From NCBI GenBank assembly GCA_050179755.1, contig JBFXEV010000001.1:1353994-1417993 (forward strand): a stretch of DNA of 64,000 nucleotides, given 5' to 3'. How positions within the stretch are numbered: the stretch's first letter is position 1; the number at the start of each line of letters is the position of its first letter. The stretch is from Candidatus Babeliales bacterium. GTDB taxonomy: Bacteria; Babelota; Babeliae; Babelales; JBFXEV01. Of the stretch, positions 18,441 to 28,751 are shown piece by piece. Both the position numbers and the translations under genes were made by a program. The notes under the pieces were generated by a model that searched no databases, was not told the DNA's origin, and saw nothing but the letters and a program-made list of their open reading frames with translations.

Positions 18441-19859
18441 CTAATCCCAAAGATCACTAACAAGTTGACTCAATTCACTCCGCTCACTATGATCCATATA
18501 CACGGTACCAAAAATTGCGTGTCCTTTAAAAAGATCACTTGCTACCGTCAAACCATTATTACCAAAATCTAAATACGGGGAATCAATTTGATATGGGTCA
18601 CCAGCCAAGATGATTTTACTACCTTCACCCACACGGCTCACGAGCGTTTTAACTTCATGCGGTGTTAAGTTCTGTACTTCATCAATAAGAATATATTGAT
18701 ATGGTATAGAGCGACCGCGCATATAGGTAATTGCTTCTAAACTTAGTTTGCCCTTCTCAATTAAATCATCAAGCGTTGCCACTGCATGAGCTTTGCGTTT
18801 GCTATGTTTATCATCTTTATGATCTTTGTAGCCCTTATGATCTTTATGATCCCCTTTTTCTTTTTTGCCAAACGATTCTTCATACGGGCGCACTTGTTTG
18901 CTAATTTGCGCCGCATGCATAATAAGTTCCATATTGTCATAAATAGGCAACATCCAACTATGAAGCTTTTCTTCCACCGTTCCAGGCAAATAACCAATAT
19001 CTTTGCCAAGAGGAACTACTGGGCGAGATACAAGCATTTTTCGATATTCGTCTTGAATAAGTACTTGATGCAATCCTGCAAGCAAGGCCAAGAAGGTTTT
19101 ACCAGTACCCGCTGGGCCAAAGAGCGTCACAAATTGCACTTTGGGGTCACATAGCAAGTTAAGAGCCATTAATTGTTGTGGATTACGCGCTTGAATTGGC
19201 CATCTAAAATCGGGAGGTGCTACTCGCAAAAAGCGTTTATCGCCTAAATAACGGAACAATACATAATTAAATGGATTATTGTTACTACTTACCAGCACAA
19301 ATTGATTTACTAATAATTTGGTTTCTCGTTCTAAATCAATAAGTTCCTTGGGCACATCATTTTTGAGAGAAACTGCCGGCACCGAAATTTGTACCCATCC
19401 TTTATAAAAATGTGTACGCGAAATATCATCTTTTAAGTAATCTTCTGTTGATATCTTTAATACGTCAGCTTTTACACGCGCATTGATATCTTTTGTTATG
19501 AATTCAACGTCTTCACCAATGTCTTTAAGAGCAAGAACGGTTGCAAGAATTAAATTATCATGTTTATCCACACCAAACGGCATAGAGGTTGGCACTGATT
19601 CTGGTAAAAATAAAACGCGTAACGTTGCGCCATTATCAAGTTGCACACCCTCGCGGAGTGACCCTTTTTCACGCAGCGCATCTAATTTTCTTATTGTCTC
19701 CCGTGCGCTGTAGCCGCGCTCTGAATTTTCTGATTTAAAGGCATCTAATTCTTCAAGTACGGTGATAGGAATACCAACTTGAGCATTTTCAAATGTGTTG
19801 AAGGCATTTGGATCGTGTACTAAGACATTTGTATCAAGAACGTATATACGCTGTGACAT
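18441..19859 (-). CDS. PIN-PhoH (PhoH2-type) ATPase/RNase
   Basis: PIN motif YVLDTNVL and ITKDINARVKA; Walker A GPAGTGKT; GYLPG, YMRGRS, DEVQN, GDPYQID. Confidence 0.92.
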   Translation of the reverse strand: MSQRIYVLDTNVLVHDPNAFNTFENAQVGIPITVLEELDAFKSENSERGYSARETIRKLDALREKGSLREGVQLDNGATLRVLFLPESVPTSMPFGVDKHDNLILATVLALKDIGEDVEFITKDINARVKADVLKISTEDYLKDDISRTHFYKGWVQISVPAVSLKNDVPKELIDLERETKLLVNQFVLVSSNNNPFNYVLFRYLGDKRFLRVAPPDFRWPIQARNPQQLMALNLLCDPKVQFVTLFGPAGTGKTFLALLAGLHQVLIQDEYRKMLVSRPVVPLGKDIGYLPGTVEEKLHSWMLPIYDNMELIMHAAQISKQVRPYEESFGKKEKGDHKDHKGYKDHKDDKHSKRKAHAVATLDDLIEKGKLSLEAITYMRGRSIPYQYILIDEVQNLTPHEVKTLVSRVGEGSKIILAGDPYQIDSPYLDFGNNGLTVASDLFKGHAIFGTVYMDHSERSELSQLVSDLWD

Positions 19860-20065
19860 ACTTCTCCTTATTTCAAACTGTTTCTCCTGCTCTTCTTGCA
19901 AATTACCATACCACCAAAAAGTTTACAATAGATAGCCCGAAATTGTGCTGGAAACGCCTCATGCAGGTAGTTCTTGGAGTTAAATCAAAGTTAAAGTGGA
20001 AAATTACGCACATTCTGCTACCCTATTAAGGAGATTTAACCTGTATTATTTTATAAGGAATTTGC

Positions 20066-21778
20066 ATGAGCAAGAAAGAAAAAGAGCTAAGCATTCTACG
20101 TCATTCGGCAGCCCATTTATTGGCACACGCGGTGCAAGAACTGCACCCTGGTACCATTTTGACCATCGGCCCTGCCACGAAAGAAGGCTTCTTTTATGAT
20201 ATGCTTCCTGCAAAAAACTTTAAAGAAGAAGATTTAGCGCTTTTTGAACAACGAATGCATGAAATTGCACAGCGCAATTTGCCCTTAACCCATGAACAAA
20301 TGGATAAAGATAAAGCGCGTAAAATTTTTGCCAAAAATCCATTTAAGATGGAGCTTATTAATGAAATCCCTGGTGAAACGGTGGGGATCTCTCGCCAAGG
20401 CGACTTTTATGACTTGTGCCGCGGCGGCCACGTGGAAACAACAGGTGATATTAAATTCTTTAAACTCACCACTCTTTCTGGTGCATATTGGCGAGCAGAT
20501 AAAGAAAAGCAACCGTTACTACGCATTTCTGGCACCGCATTCTTAAGCCAAGAAGATATGGATGCAGACCAAAAGCGTAAAGAAGAAGCTGCAATGTATG
20601 ATCACCGCAGGCTTGGCAAACAGCTTGATTATTTTTCATTCCAACCTGAAGGCGTAGGGTTTCCATTTTTTCACCCTAAAGGAAAATTAATTTATAACTT
20701 GCTTGTCTCCTATTTGCGCGGGCTGCAACAAAAAGAACAGTACCAAGAAATAAGCACGCCAACAGCACTTTCTGACCAATTGTGGAAACGCTCTGGCCAT
20801 TGGGACCATTATAAACATAACATGTACTTTACTACTATTGATGAGCAAAGCTATGCTATCAAACCCATGAACTGCCCTGGTGCATTCTTGGTGTATAATG
20901 ATCGCCCTCACTCCTACCGTGAACTGCCTATGCGGCTTTCTGAGTTTGGCCACGTGCACCGACATGAACTTTCTGGCGTGCTCCATGGCCTTATGCGGGT
21001 GCGTGCATTCACGCAAGATGATGCCCATATTATCTGTACGCCGCAACAAATTGAGCATGAAATTTTGCATTGCATAGAGCTAACTACACAAGTATATAAA
21101 AAGTTTGGTTTTAACAAATTGACCGTTGCAGTTTCAACAAAATCAAAAAATGCTATGGGTAGTGACGAGTTATGGAAAAAAGCAACTGACACTCTTTGCT
21201 CCGCGCTTGATACCATGAAGTTGCCGTATACTCTACAAGAAGGCGAAGGCGCTTTCTATGGCCCTAAGATTGAATTTATTATTCATGATTCTATGGGCAG
21301 AAGCTGGCAATGTGGCACCGTGCAAGTAGACTTTTTCCTACCGGAAAAGTTTGACATGACCTATGTTTCAAGCCAAGGCACCAAGGAACGACCCGTGGTG
21401 ATTCACCGCGCCATTTACGGATCACTTGAACGATTCTTTGCTATTTTGCTTGAACATCATAAAGGTCATTTGCCGTTTTGGCTTTCTCCCGTGCAAATAA
21501 AAGTGCTTACCATCACCGATGGTCAACTTGATTATGCACATAAAGTTGCAAAACAATTACAAGCGCAAGGATTACGCGTGGTAGTTGATGAAAGTAATGA
21601 TCAAATTTCTGCAAAAATCAAAACGGCACAACTTGATAAAATCCCGTGGATGCTCGTGATTGGTGCAAAAGAAGTTACACAAGATACAGTAACTTTGCGC
21701 TATCAAGACGGCAAACAAGAATTTGGTTTAACCATTGATAACATTATAACCAAAGCGCGAGATTTACAGGCGATCTAA
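20066..21778 (+). CDS. thrS: Threonine--tRNA ligase (lacks N-terminal TGS domain)
   Basis: RHSAAHLL, DLCRGGH, DHRRLG, KPMNCP, RVRAFTQDDAH, GAFYGPKI, IHRAIYGSLERF. Confidence 0.97.
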   Translation: MSKKEKELSILRHSAAHLLAHAVQELHPGTILTIGPATKEGFFYDMLPAKNFKEEDLALFEQRMHEIAQRNLPLTHEQMDKDKARKIFAKNPFKMELINEIPGETVGISRQGDFYDLCRGGHVETTGDIKFFKLTTLSGAYWRADKEKQPLLRISGTAFLSQEDMDADQKRKEEAAMYDHRRLGKQLDYFSFQPEGVGFPFFHPKGKLIYNLLVSYLRGLQQKEQYQEISTPTALSDQLWKRSGHWDHYKHNMYFTTIDEQSYAIKPMNCPGAFLVYNDRPHSYRELPMRLSEFGHVHRHELSGVLHGLMRVRAFTQDDAHIICTPQQIEHEILHCIELTTQVYKKFGFNKLTVAVSTKSKNAMGSDELWKKATDTLCSALDTMKLPYTLQEGEGAFYGPKIEFIIHDSMGRSWQCGTVQVDFFLPEKFDMTYVSSQGTKERPVVIHRAIYGSLERFFAILLEHHKGHLPFWLSPVQIKVLTITDGQLDYAHKVAKQLQAQGLRVVVDESNDQISAKIKTAQLDKIPWMLVIGAKEVTQDTVTLRYQDGKQEFGLTIDNIITKARDLQAI

Positions 21779-22527
21779 TGATTGCTCGTTATGTTGCAAT
21801 AATTTGCTTTGGGCTATTTTTGGGCGCCCTGTACATGCTCTATGAACGCAGGGCCCCTTTTCAAACCAAACCGCTGACAGCAAGTAACATTATTTGCTCA
21901 ACACTTTATACACCAGACAAGATTCTCTACATAGATATGCACGATGAAGGCATTTTATATGTGCACCAAGAAGAAGGATCTCCTACGTTACACGTTGAAG
22001 CAGATCAAGTACTCTTGCCTTTTATTGATATAACGCTTCACAACGCAACGGCGACATTACGCTTAAAACAAGGAAACTATAGTTTAGACAAAATCCCAAA
22101 ACCACAGTTTTACCTGGTAACATCGGATATTGCAGCAATTACTCTTTCTGGCCATGCCCAGATTATTACTAAAAATACTCTTCAAGTAGACTCACTTGAT
22201 ATAAATGCACAGGGAAATAGCAACATTACCGCCACAATTAACACTAAGGAACTTGACGTGCAAAGCTATGGCGCAAGCACAGTTAAACTCTCGGGAACAG
22301 CTTTAGAGCAGCATCTGGAATTACATGGCGCTTCCAGGTATGAGGCGCAAAATCTCACATCGCTTGAATGCTCAATACATGCTTCTGGGGCTAGCACTGC
22401 TTATATTAACGCAAAAGATAAACTTTATGGATTAATTACAAATTCAAGCATCGTCACTCACTATGGCACTTCACAAATTGAAGTTACACAGAATAACGAT
22501 GCTCAAATTCTAAAATGGAATCAATAA
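21778..22527 (+). CDS. DUF2807/GIN-type beta-helix surface protein
   Basis: N-terminal TM followed by repeated SGxS/GAS beta-helix units (LSGHA, YGAST, HGASR, SGAST). Confidence 0.7.
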   Translation: MIARYVAIICFGLFLGALYMLYERRAPFQTKPLTASNIICSTLYTPDKILYIDMHDEGILYVHQEEGSPTLHVEADQVLLPFIDITLHNATATLRLKQGNYSLDKIPKPQFYLVTSDIAAITLSGHAQIITKNTLQVDSLDINAQGNSNITATINTKELDVQSYGASTVKLSGTALEQHLELHGASRYEAQNLTSLECSIHASGASTAYINAKDKLYGLITNSSIVTHYGTSQIEVTQNNDAQILKWNQ

Positions 22528-22528
22528 T

Positions 22529-23179
22529 TTACTTAGTATTACAGTAACATTTGAATTTGTCTGGAAACTGTTTGATAATGCCAGAAGTAAGAATGTTTGC
22601 AAATTCCACCATATGCTTATGACCTTCGTCAAAAGCGGCAATATCACCATTCCAATCTTTTTTTAAACGAGAGGTCAATTGACCATCAGTCGTATCAAGA
22701 TGAATATACATCATATCTTTAATCTCATGCATTGACCAATACGGATTTAATCCGCTGATAAATTGCGCTATTTGGTCTGCATTCGCTCGCCATTTTGCTT
22801 TATTTTCTTCAACAAGTTGTTTATTTTGTACCATTGCAGCTTTTATTATGTCTCCACCAATAGCTTCATGTTCTTTAAGTAAGCGCGTTAGTTCATTGCC
22901 AGCTTGCTCACCATAGAAGGGTTTAAATTCATTTCCTATATCTTCTTGATTTTTTAAAAATCGCTTATGAATTGCATCTTTATCTTCCAAATGAGCAAGA
23001 GAGCTTATAATAAAATTACGAAGATAGGTAATATGGTCTTGCCAATGAGCAAGCATAGTGCTTCTAAGTTTGGTTGATTCTTTAACACAAACTTCATCTT
23101 TGGTGCCATTATTAAATAAATTACACCCACTAAAAATAAATAACGAAACGAGTAAAATTAATAAACCTTTTTGTTTCAT
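22529..23179 (-). CDS. His-rich four-helix-bundle lipoprotein (family often misannotated as acetylglutamate kinase)
   Basis: FSGC lipobox; W.DH, PFYG, LL.EH, W.ANAD.IA, NPYW, HLD, GIIKQFP motifs. Confidence 0.6.
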   Translation of the reverse strand: MKQKGLLILLVSLFIFSGCNLFNNGTKDEVCVKESTKLRSTMLAHWQDHITYLRNFIISSLAHLEDKDAIHKRFLKNQEDIGNEFKPFYGEQAGNELTRLLKEHEAIGGDIIKAAMVQNKQLVEENKAKWRANADQIAQFISGLNPYWSMHEIKDMMYIHLDTTDGQLTSRLKKDWNGDIAAFDEGHKHMVEFANILTSGIIKQFPDKFKCYCNTK

Positions 23180-23412
23180 GAAAGTTCCTTACATTTTTAG
23201 AATACAATTTTTTTCAAGCACCTAGTTTTCAAATTTTCCTTTCTTCAGATAGCATGAACCGATTAGAGATCACTGTACCTAGTTTTTTAAAAAAAAGTAA
23301 TAAAAGCAGAGCGAATTTGCAATAAATAAAGCGTTATTAAGATTTTCTTGTAAGAAAGATTCAGCCTTGAGTATATTTAAATCAGTAATAAAATAACCAC
23401 AAAGGGTTAGCA

Positions 23413-24012
23413 ATGCCAAAAAAGAAATTCTCGCTCGCGCAATACAAAGAAAGACGAAAATTTAAACGCACACCTGAACCAAAAGGTAAAAAGGCTCGCA
23501 AAAAGCCCGACGAGCCCATTTTTGTTATACAAGAACATCATGCTTCTCGGATTCATTGGGATTTAAGATTAGAAATAAAAGGCGTATTAGTCTCATGGGC
23601 GATCCCCAAAGGTCCTTCTTTAAATCCTGCAATTAGACGCATTGCTATAATGACTGAAGATCATCCGATTGAATATGCAGGTTTTGAAGGCGTAATTCCT
23701 AAAGGCATGTATGGCGCTGGTCCAGTAATGGTGTGGGACACAGGCACATTTGAAAATAAAAACATCCGCAACAAAAAACCAGTGCCTTTGCATCAAGGCT
23801 TAGAAGATGGCTACCTTGAATTTTTTTTGCACGGCACCAAACTACAAGGCTCATTCGTTCTTATCAAGCCTAACTTTGAAGATGGCCAAAAAGAATGGCT
23901 TCTTATTAAACGAAAGGATAAATATGCAAGCAAAAAGCGAAAGCCGGTAAATACACAGAAAAAATCTGCGCTCACCGGCCGTACTATGGCACGTATTAGA
24001 CGCGAGGGTTAA
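23413..24012 (+). CDS. Stand-alone LigD 3'-phosphoesterase (PE) domain protein
   Basis: TPEP, FVIQEHHASRIHWDLRLE, SWAIPKGPS, EDHPIEY, YGAGPVMVWDTG, GTKLQG. Confidence 0.9.
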   Translation: MPKKKFSLAQYKERRKFKRTPEPKGKKARKKPDEPIFVIQEHHASRIHWDLRLEIKGVLVSWAIPKGPSLNPAIRRIAIMTEDHPIEYAGFEGVIPKGMYGAGPVMVWDTGTFENKNIRNKKPVPLHQGLEDGYLEFFLHGTKLQGSFVLIKPNFEDGQKEWLLIKRKDKYASKKRKPVNTQKKSALTGRTMARIRREG

Positions 24013-26152
24013 CAATAAATTCAGAAACTGCTTCTCCCACCACATATGCCGCACGCGACGTGTTGAAAGCATGAAGCCATGGGGTTACGTACACACTCGT
24101 ATCGGCCACACGCAAATTGTCAACGCCCAGCACACGGCAGCGTGAATCTAACACGGTATTTTTATTTTTAGCTTTACCAGTAGTGGCATCAACTGCTCCC
24201 ATCTGACAAGTTCCTGACATGTGATGACCAAACGAGCTCCAATTTTTAATATACGTTTTTAAGTCTTGTAAGGTAGCAGCTCTTGGGCCGGGAATAATTT
24301 CCCACGGTTTATCGGGAATACTATATGTATTTTTTATACGCGGTTCATTCATGACATCGCGCACTTGCAAAATCATCCGTGCCATGTTTTCAATACCTTG
24401 ATCATCTTCATATAATTGTTCACGAATGATGGGAGATTTCCTTGGATCATTACTTGCAAGACGTATGGTTCCTTTACTGTTGCCCGGTATTAAGTTTTCA
24501 ATTAACCAAGTCAAATAAACACGCGGGTTTGCAGCAAATTGGGCGCTATTAAGCGTACCTTTTTGAGCCATACCTTGCTGATTTAAAGGTTTGTTATAAT
24601 CTGGCACTAACTGATTCCTAGAAAAATTAAAATAATTATCAGGATATAATGGACTGATTAAAGTTAAGTCAAAATTAAAATAAAATGATTGATAAGGAAC
24701 CGCATGGATATCAGGAAATGGATAAGCACCTTCTTGCATTAATGGGGCTTTGCCTTTACTATACCAATCCCATTGTATTGCGCCGGTATTTTGATTAGCA
24801 TATTCAGGAAATGCGGCGGCAGCTTGCAAGGCTCTTGCATAAATATCCGACGGTAATTTTGAGCCATGTTGCTCTAATAATAAATGTGCTTGCCATGTTG
24901 GTATAAACACTTTCGGATTTATTTCATAAATAATAGAAACTTCACAATGATCAAGCAAATCGCTTCCTACTCCAGGCAAATCAATTTTTGTATCGATTCC
25001 AATTTGTTCCAAATGTTCTTTAGGCCCTATACCAGAAAGCATAAGGAGTTGAGGGCTTTGAATCGCACCGCAACAAATAATAACCTCTTTCCGCGCCAAA
25101 TAATGATTTGCCATCTGAGGAAGCGAATTATCAACCCTTCTTGCAACACATACTTTGGGATCAGGGCAATTATTTGGAACACTGCAAGTAAACTCATGTG
25201 CTCCGCCGGGCTGAACTTCCTGCAAATAAGCTTTATTATATGCTTTTACGCCGTATGCATTGTATTGATTTTTTGCAGTGACGTCTTCATTCTTTTTAAG
25301 TAAGATTTCTGCAGCCAACGTATTAAATTCAACTTTAATAAGTCCAGTTTTTTGTTGTGTCGGTAGTAATAAATCTTGATACGCATACGATTTATTGCCG
25401 TCTTTGCCAATCTGTACATCGGCATTTCCAACCCCTGCAACATCAAATGGATTACAAAAATTTTCACGATACGGAATTTTGATCGTATCTACCACAACAT
25501 CAGAAATAGATTGCAGCAATGGTTCAACTGTCGTATGTTGCACCGAGAGCCATCCGTTGGTGCCGGCACAGGCATCGCCTGGTTTTGCATATAAAACGTT
25601 TTCCATCTTCTTAAAAAGTCGTTTAATATTACTACCATTCCAATAATCATCGCCTACCACAATCGCAATATTATCATACACTTGTAATGACCCTACTCCA
25701 TCTTGCATGTTATGATGTGATGTGCAGCCTCCTGCGCCGACTCCACGAGGATAAGCATAGTAAATACCATTCTGATCAATAGATACAAAATCTGCTAATG
25801 TCTGTGTGGCATTCCATTGACCACACTGAACAGAGAAAGGATTTTGATTAAAACGATTAAAAAGAAATGAGTAATATATGGGTGTCTGTATTAAGCCTTT
25901 ATCAAATTGCACTAACGGATCAAAGGAATCTTTGCCAGTATTAGGGCCAGCCTCAATAACTATAACTGAATACCCCGCATGAGCAAGACGTGCTGCAATG
26001 ACTGACCCAGCAGCTCCCGCTCCTACTATTATATAATCAGCAGTATATTCAAATATACCCTGGTTTATAGCTTTTTCGTGTGAAGTTTGTGCGGCACAAT
26101 GAAAAAAAATACAACTAACCAGCATAAAACTGCGAGGACAAAATAGCTTCAT
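23996..26152 (-). CDS. Secreted GMC oxidoreductase
   Basis: DYIIVGAGAAG FAD motif, EVIICCGAIQSPQLLMLSGIG, HMSGTCQMG, VLGVDNLRVAD; signal peptide. Confidence 0.9.
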   Translation of the reverse strand: MKLFCPRSFMLVSCIFFHCAAQTSHEKAINQGIFEYTADYIIVGAGAAGSVIAARLAHAGYSVIVIEAGPNTGKDSFDPLVQFDKGLIQTPIYYSFLFNRFNQNPFSVQCGQWNATQTLADFVSIDQNGIYYAYPRGVGAGGCTSHHNMQDGVGSLQVYDNIAIVVGDDYWNGSNIKRLFKKMENVLYAKPGDACAGTNGWLSVQHTTVEPLLQSISDVVVDTIKIPYRENFCNPFDVAGVGNADVQIGKDGNKSYAYQDLLLPTQQKTGLIKVEFNTLAAEILLKKNEDVTAKNQYNAYGVKAYNKAYLQEVQPGGAHEFTCSVPNNCPDPKVCVARRVDNSLPQMANHYLARKEVIICCGAIQSPQLLMLSGIGPKEHLEQIGIDTKIDLPGVGSDLLDHCEVSIIYEINPKVFIPTWQAHLLLEQHGSKLPSDIYARALQAAAAFPEYANQNTGAIQWDWYSKGKAPLMQEGAYPFPDIHAVPYQSFYFNFDLTLISPLYPDNYFNFSRNQLVPDYNKPLNQQGMAQKGTLNSAQFAANPRVYLTWLIENLIPGNSKGTIRLASNDPRKSPIIREQLYEDDQGIENMARMILQVRDVMNEPRIKNTYSIPDKPWEIIPGPRAATLQDLKTYIKNWSSFGHHMSGTCQMGAVDATTGKAKNKNTVLDSRCRVLGVDNLRVADTSVYVTPWLHAFNTSRAAYVVGEAVSEFIVNPRV

Positions 26153-26608
26153 TATATTCCTTTATTTACTATTTTTATATCATTACCAGGGTAATCCCTG
26201 CTAGATAAAAAGCAACAGCTCTAGAACATTAAAGCTAGCAATGCCCATAAACACCATAGCATTAAGGAATAATATCACGCCTAATGCCTATTTGACAGAG
26301 TAAATAGTTTTAGACAAAACCTATTATATACGGCCCAAATAACGACCTAATGGTCTTTTTGTCTATTTTTAGTCAATGTTCATACGGCCAAACGTTTTTT
26401 AAAAAAAAGGATAAGAAACTGTGGACTTTTTATATAATAAAACACAAAAATAAGAAAAAAAATTAAAAAAAATTCAAATTCAAGTAAAAATCTGCATTAG
26501 AGCATCAGATCGCTAAATTCGAACGATTCAATTTCATAAAATAGATTAATTTTTAATAAAAAACTATAAAGATTTCTTAAAAAATGACATTATGAAATGT
26601 AAAAAGTA

Positions 26609-26638
26609 TTGACTTCTGATCTGCTGAAAATGTAGTAT
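26609..26638 (+). promoter_or_regulatory. Putative sigma70 promoter of histone-like gene
   Basis: TTGACT-N18-TAGTAT upstream of AAGGAG RBS. Confidence 0.45.
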
Positions 26639-26686
26639 GAAAGTGTAAAGGTAGTGTACCGTATCCATCTCAAAAGGAGAGTTACA

Positions 26687-27457
26687 ATGGCAACTAAAGC
26701 AAAAGCTGGAAGACGTGGAACTGCAAAAGCAGGCCAACGTTCTTTAATGGCTAAAATGGGCCTAGAAGATGAAGAAGAAGAAAACGGTTCTTCAACAGGC
26801 ACAAGAAAAAAACGCTCAACTGCAAAAAAAGCAGGAGCAAAACGTAAAACTGCTAAGCGTAAAACAACTAAAACCGCAGCAGCTAAACGTAAAACAGCTA
26901 AAGGCGCTACAGCTAAGCGTAAAACAACTAAGGGCGCTACAGCAAAACGTAAAACAGCTAAACGTAGCACTGCGAAAAAATCAGCTGCTAAAAAAGGAAC
27001 GGCTAAGCGTAAAACAGCTAAGCGTTCAACAGCTAAGCGTTCAACAGCTAAGCGTTCAACAGCTAAACGTTCAACAGCTAAACGTACTGCAAAACGTGGC
27101 GCAGCAAAACGCGCTGTTAAACGTACTGCAAAACGCGGTGTAGCAAAAAGAGCGGTTAAACGTACTGCAAAACGTGGCGCAGCAAAACGCGCTGTTAAAC
27201 GTGGCGCAGCAAAACGTGGCGTTAAACGAGCTGTTAAACGTGGCGTTGCAAAACGTGGCGTTAAACGAGCTGTTAAACGTGGCGTTGCAAAACGTGCTGT
27301 AAAACGCGGCGTTGCAAAACGTGGTGTTAAACGAGCTGTTAAACGTGGCGTTGCAAAACGCGCTGTTCGTCGTAAAGTAGCTAGAAATGCAGTATTGAGA
27401 AATGGTAAGCGCCGCATGGCTAAACGCCGTGTACGTCGCGCTAAGCTCAATGCATAA
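26687..27457 (+). CDS. Lys/Arg/Ala-rich histone H1-like DNA-binding protein (Hc2/HctB-like)
   Basis: 256 aa from ATG after AAGGAG; dozens of xxAKR / xVKR repeats; short acidic patch near N-terminus. Confidence 0.8.
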   Translation: MATKAKAGRRGTAKAGQRSLMAKMGLEDEEEENGSSTGTRKKRSTAKKAGAKRKTAKRKTTKTAAAKRKTAKGATAKRKTTKGATAKRKTAKRSTAKKSAAKKGTAKRKTAKRSTAKRSTAKRSTAKRSTAKRTAKRGAAKRAVKRTAKRGVAKRAVKRTAKRGAAKRAVKRGAAKRGVKRAVKRGVAKRGVKRAVKRGVAKRAVKRGVAKRGVKRAVKRGVAKRAVRRKVARNAVLRNGKRRMAKRRVRRAKLNA

Positions 27458-27479
27458 GTTGTAATCAACAACACCTTCT

Positions 27480-27517
27480 ATACAGAGGATATTGCCAAAG
27501 CGTAGTGTCCTCTGTAT
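27480..27517 (+). terminator. Terminator of histone-like gene
   Basis: ATACAGAGGAT...GTCCTCTGTAT followed by a T-rich tail. Confidence 0.65.
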
Positions 27518-27575
27518 TATTTCTACAATAAATTCTCATTTAAAATAATTTACAATCTAATTTTCTAAATTAACT

Positions 27576-27763
27576 TAGAAGTTCCACTGAATACTTACCG
27601 GATATATCACTGGTGCCGCTCCGCCCGGCGGCGCATGCCTTTTTTTGTGCAAAAAAAGGACGCAAAAAAGCACCAGCGTGCCGCTGGACCATTCCGCTCA
27701 ATCGCTGAGCGCTATACCTCACGTCGTTTCACGACGAGGTATGCACGCAGCGCGCATAAGAAT
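27576..27763 (+). repeat. Structured intergenic repeat, copy C
   Basis: Homologous to copies A and B. Confidence 0.85.
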
Positions 27764-27799
27764 TCCTCATAAAAATTAATTGGGAACCTGTTGATATCG

Positions 27800-28495
27800 T
27801 TATCTGCTTTTTGTAACGCCAACTCTTTCGCACAGCGTAAACACCGCGCATTCTGAGCACTTAGGTGAAACCGGCACACATATATTCTGCCCCCACATAA
27901 CCATAAGCCGATTATACCGAATCCAATACTCTTGGGGCAAAAGCCCCCTCAAGGCCGCTTCTGTTTGTTCAGGGGTCTTTGTTTGAACCAACCCAAGACG
28001 ATTAGATATTCTATGCACATGCACGTCCACACAAATGGCTGGAATCCCAAACCCTTCGGCAAGCACCAAATTTGCTGTTTTAAGCCCAATTCCACGTATT
28101 GATAGCAACTCGGGTAAAGAATTAGGCACTTTGCCGCCAAATCGCTCTATTATGGCATGACTAACCTCATGCAAAAGCACAGCCTTACGGCGATAAAAAC
28201 CTACAGGGTAAATTAGATGTTCAATTTCGAGGGTACTAAGTTCTAGCAACTCGTGGGGAGTTACTGCTTGCTTGAAAAGTCTTAAAGATGCTGGCAAAGT
28301 CTCTGTATCTCTGGTCCGTAAGCTTAAAAGACAGCTTATAAGTACCAAAAACGGATCTCTGCCAAATTTTTGGACAATGGTGAAACTCATTGGGGGTGTC
28401 ATGCCCTTGGTGTGAGCTTCAAGAAGGCTGATAATCGCTACAGCTCTTTTTTGGAGCTCTGCAGGTGATTTTTTAATTTTTAGATTAATTGTCAC
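27800..28495 (-). CDS. nth: Endonuclease III
   Basis: HhH motif [26 protein letters not shown]-x6-C-x2-C-x5-C Fe-S cluster. Confidence 0.93.
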   Translation of the reverse strand: MTINLKIKKSPAELQKRAVAIISLLEAHTKGMTPPMSFTIVQKFGRDPFLVLISCLLSLRTRDTETLPASLRLFKQAVTPHELLELSTLEIEHLIYPVGFYRRKAVLLHEVSHAIIERFGGKVPNSLPELLSIRGIGLKTANLVLAEGFGIPAICVDVHVHRISNRLGLVQTKTPEQTEAALRGLLPQEYWIRYNRLMVMWGQNICVPVSPKCSECAVFTLCERVGVTKSR

Positions 28496-28751
28496 CCTCG
28501 TACGCCATGTTTATGCACCGCGTACCCATTGTCGCAAAGCCTGATCTATGCTATATTTATAGTTAATTAATTTAACTATGCATAGGGCGGCATGTCAGCA
28601 AGTATAGTTATTACAGATACTAATACTGAGAACAACTTTGCAATGTCAACTAATTTAGGCATAGTATACCCCCTAGTAAAGATAGATTTAATTAAACAAT
28701 ATTAATTACAGTAAAAAGTATAATAAGTCCGCTAAACAATAGCAAGAGATT

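Noticed and set aside
18790..18880. KDH-rich insertion in PIN-PhoH
   Set aside because: Low-complexity loop at a variable position; no evidence of function
26990..27370. Tandem DNA repeats as CRISPR array
   Set aside because: No unique spacers; repeats are coding; no cas genes
26590..27474. 294-aa minus-strand ORF (RFATPRLTA repeats)
   Set aside because: Antisense shadow of the repetitive histone-like gene; RBS, promoter and terminator are on the + strand
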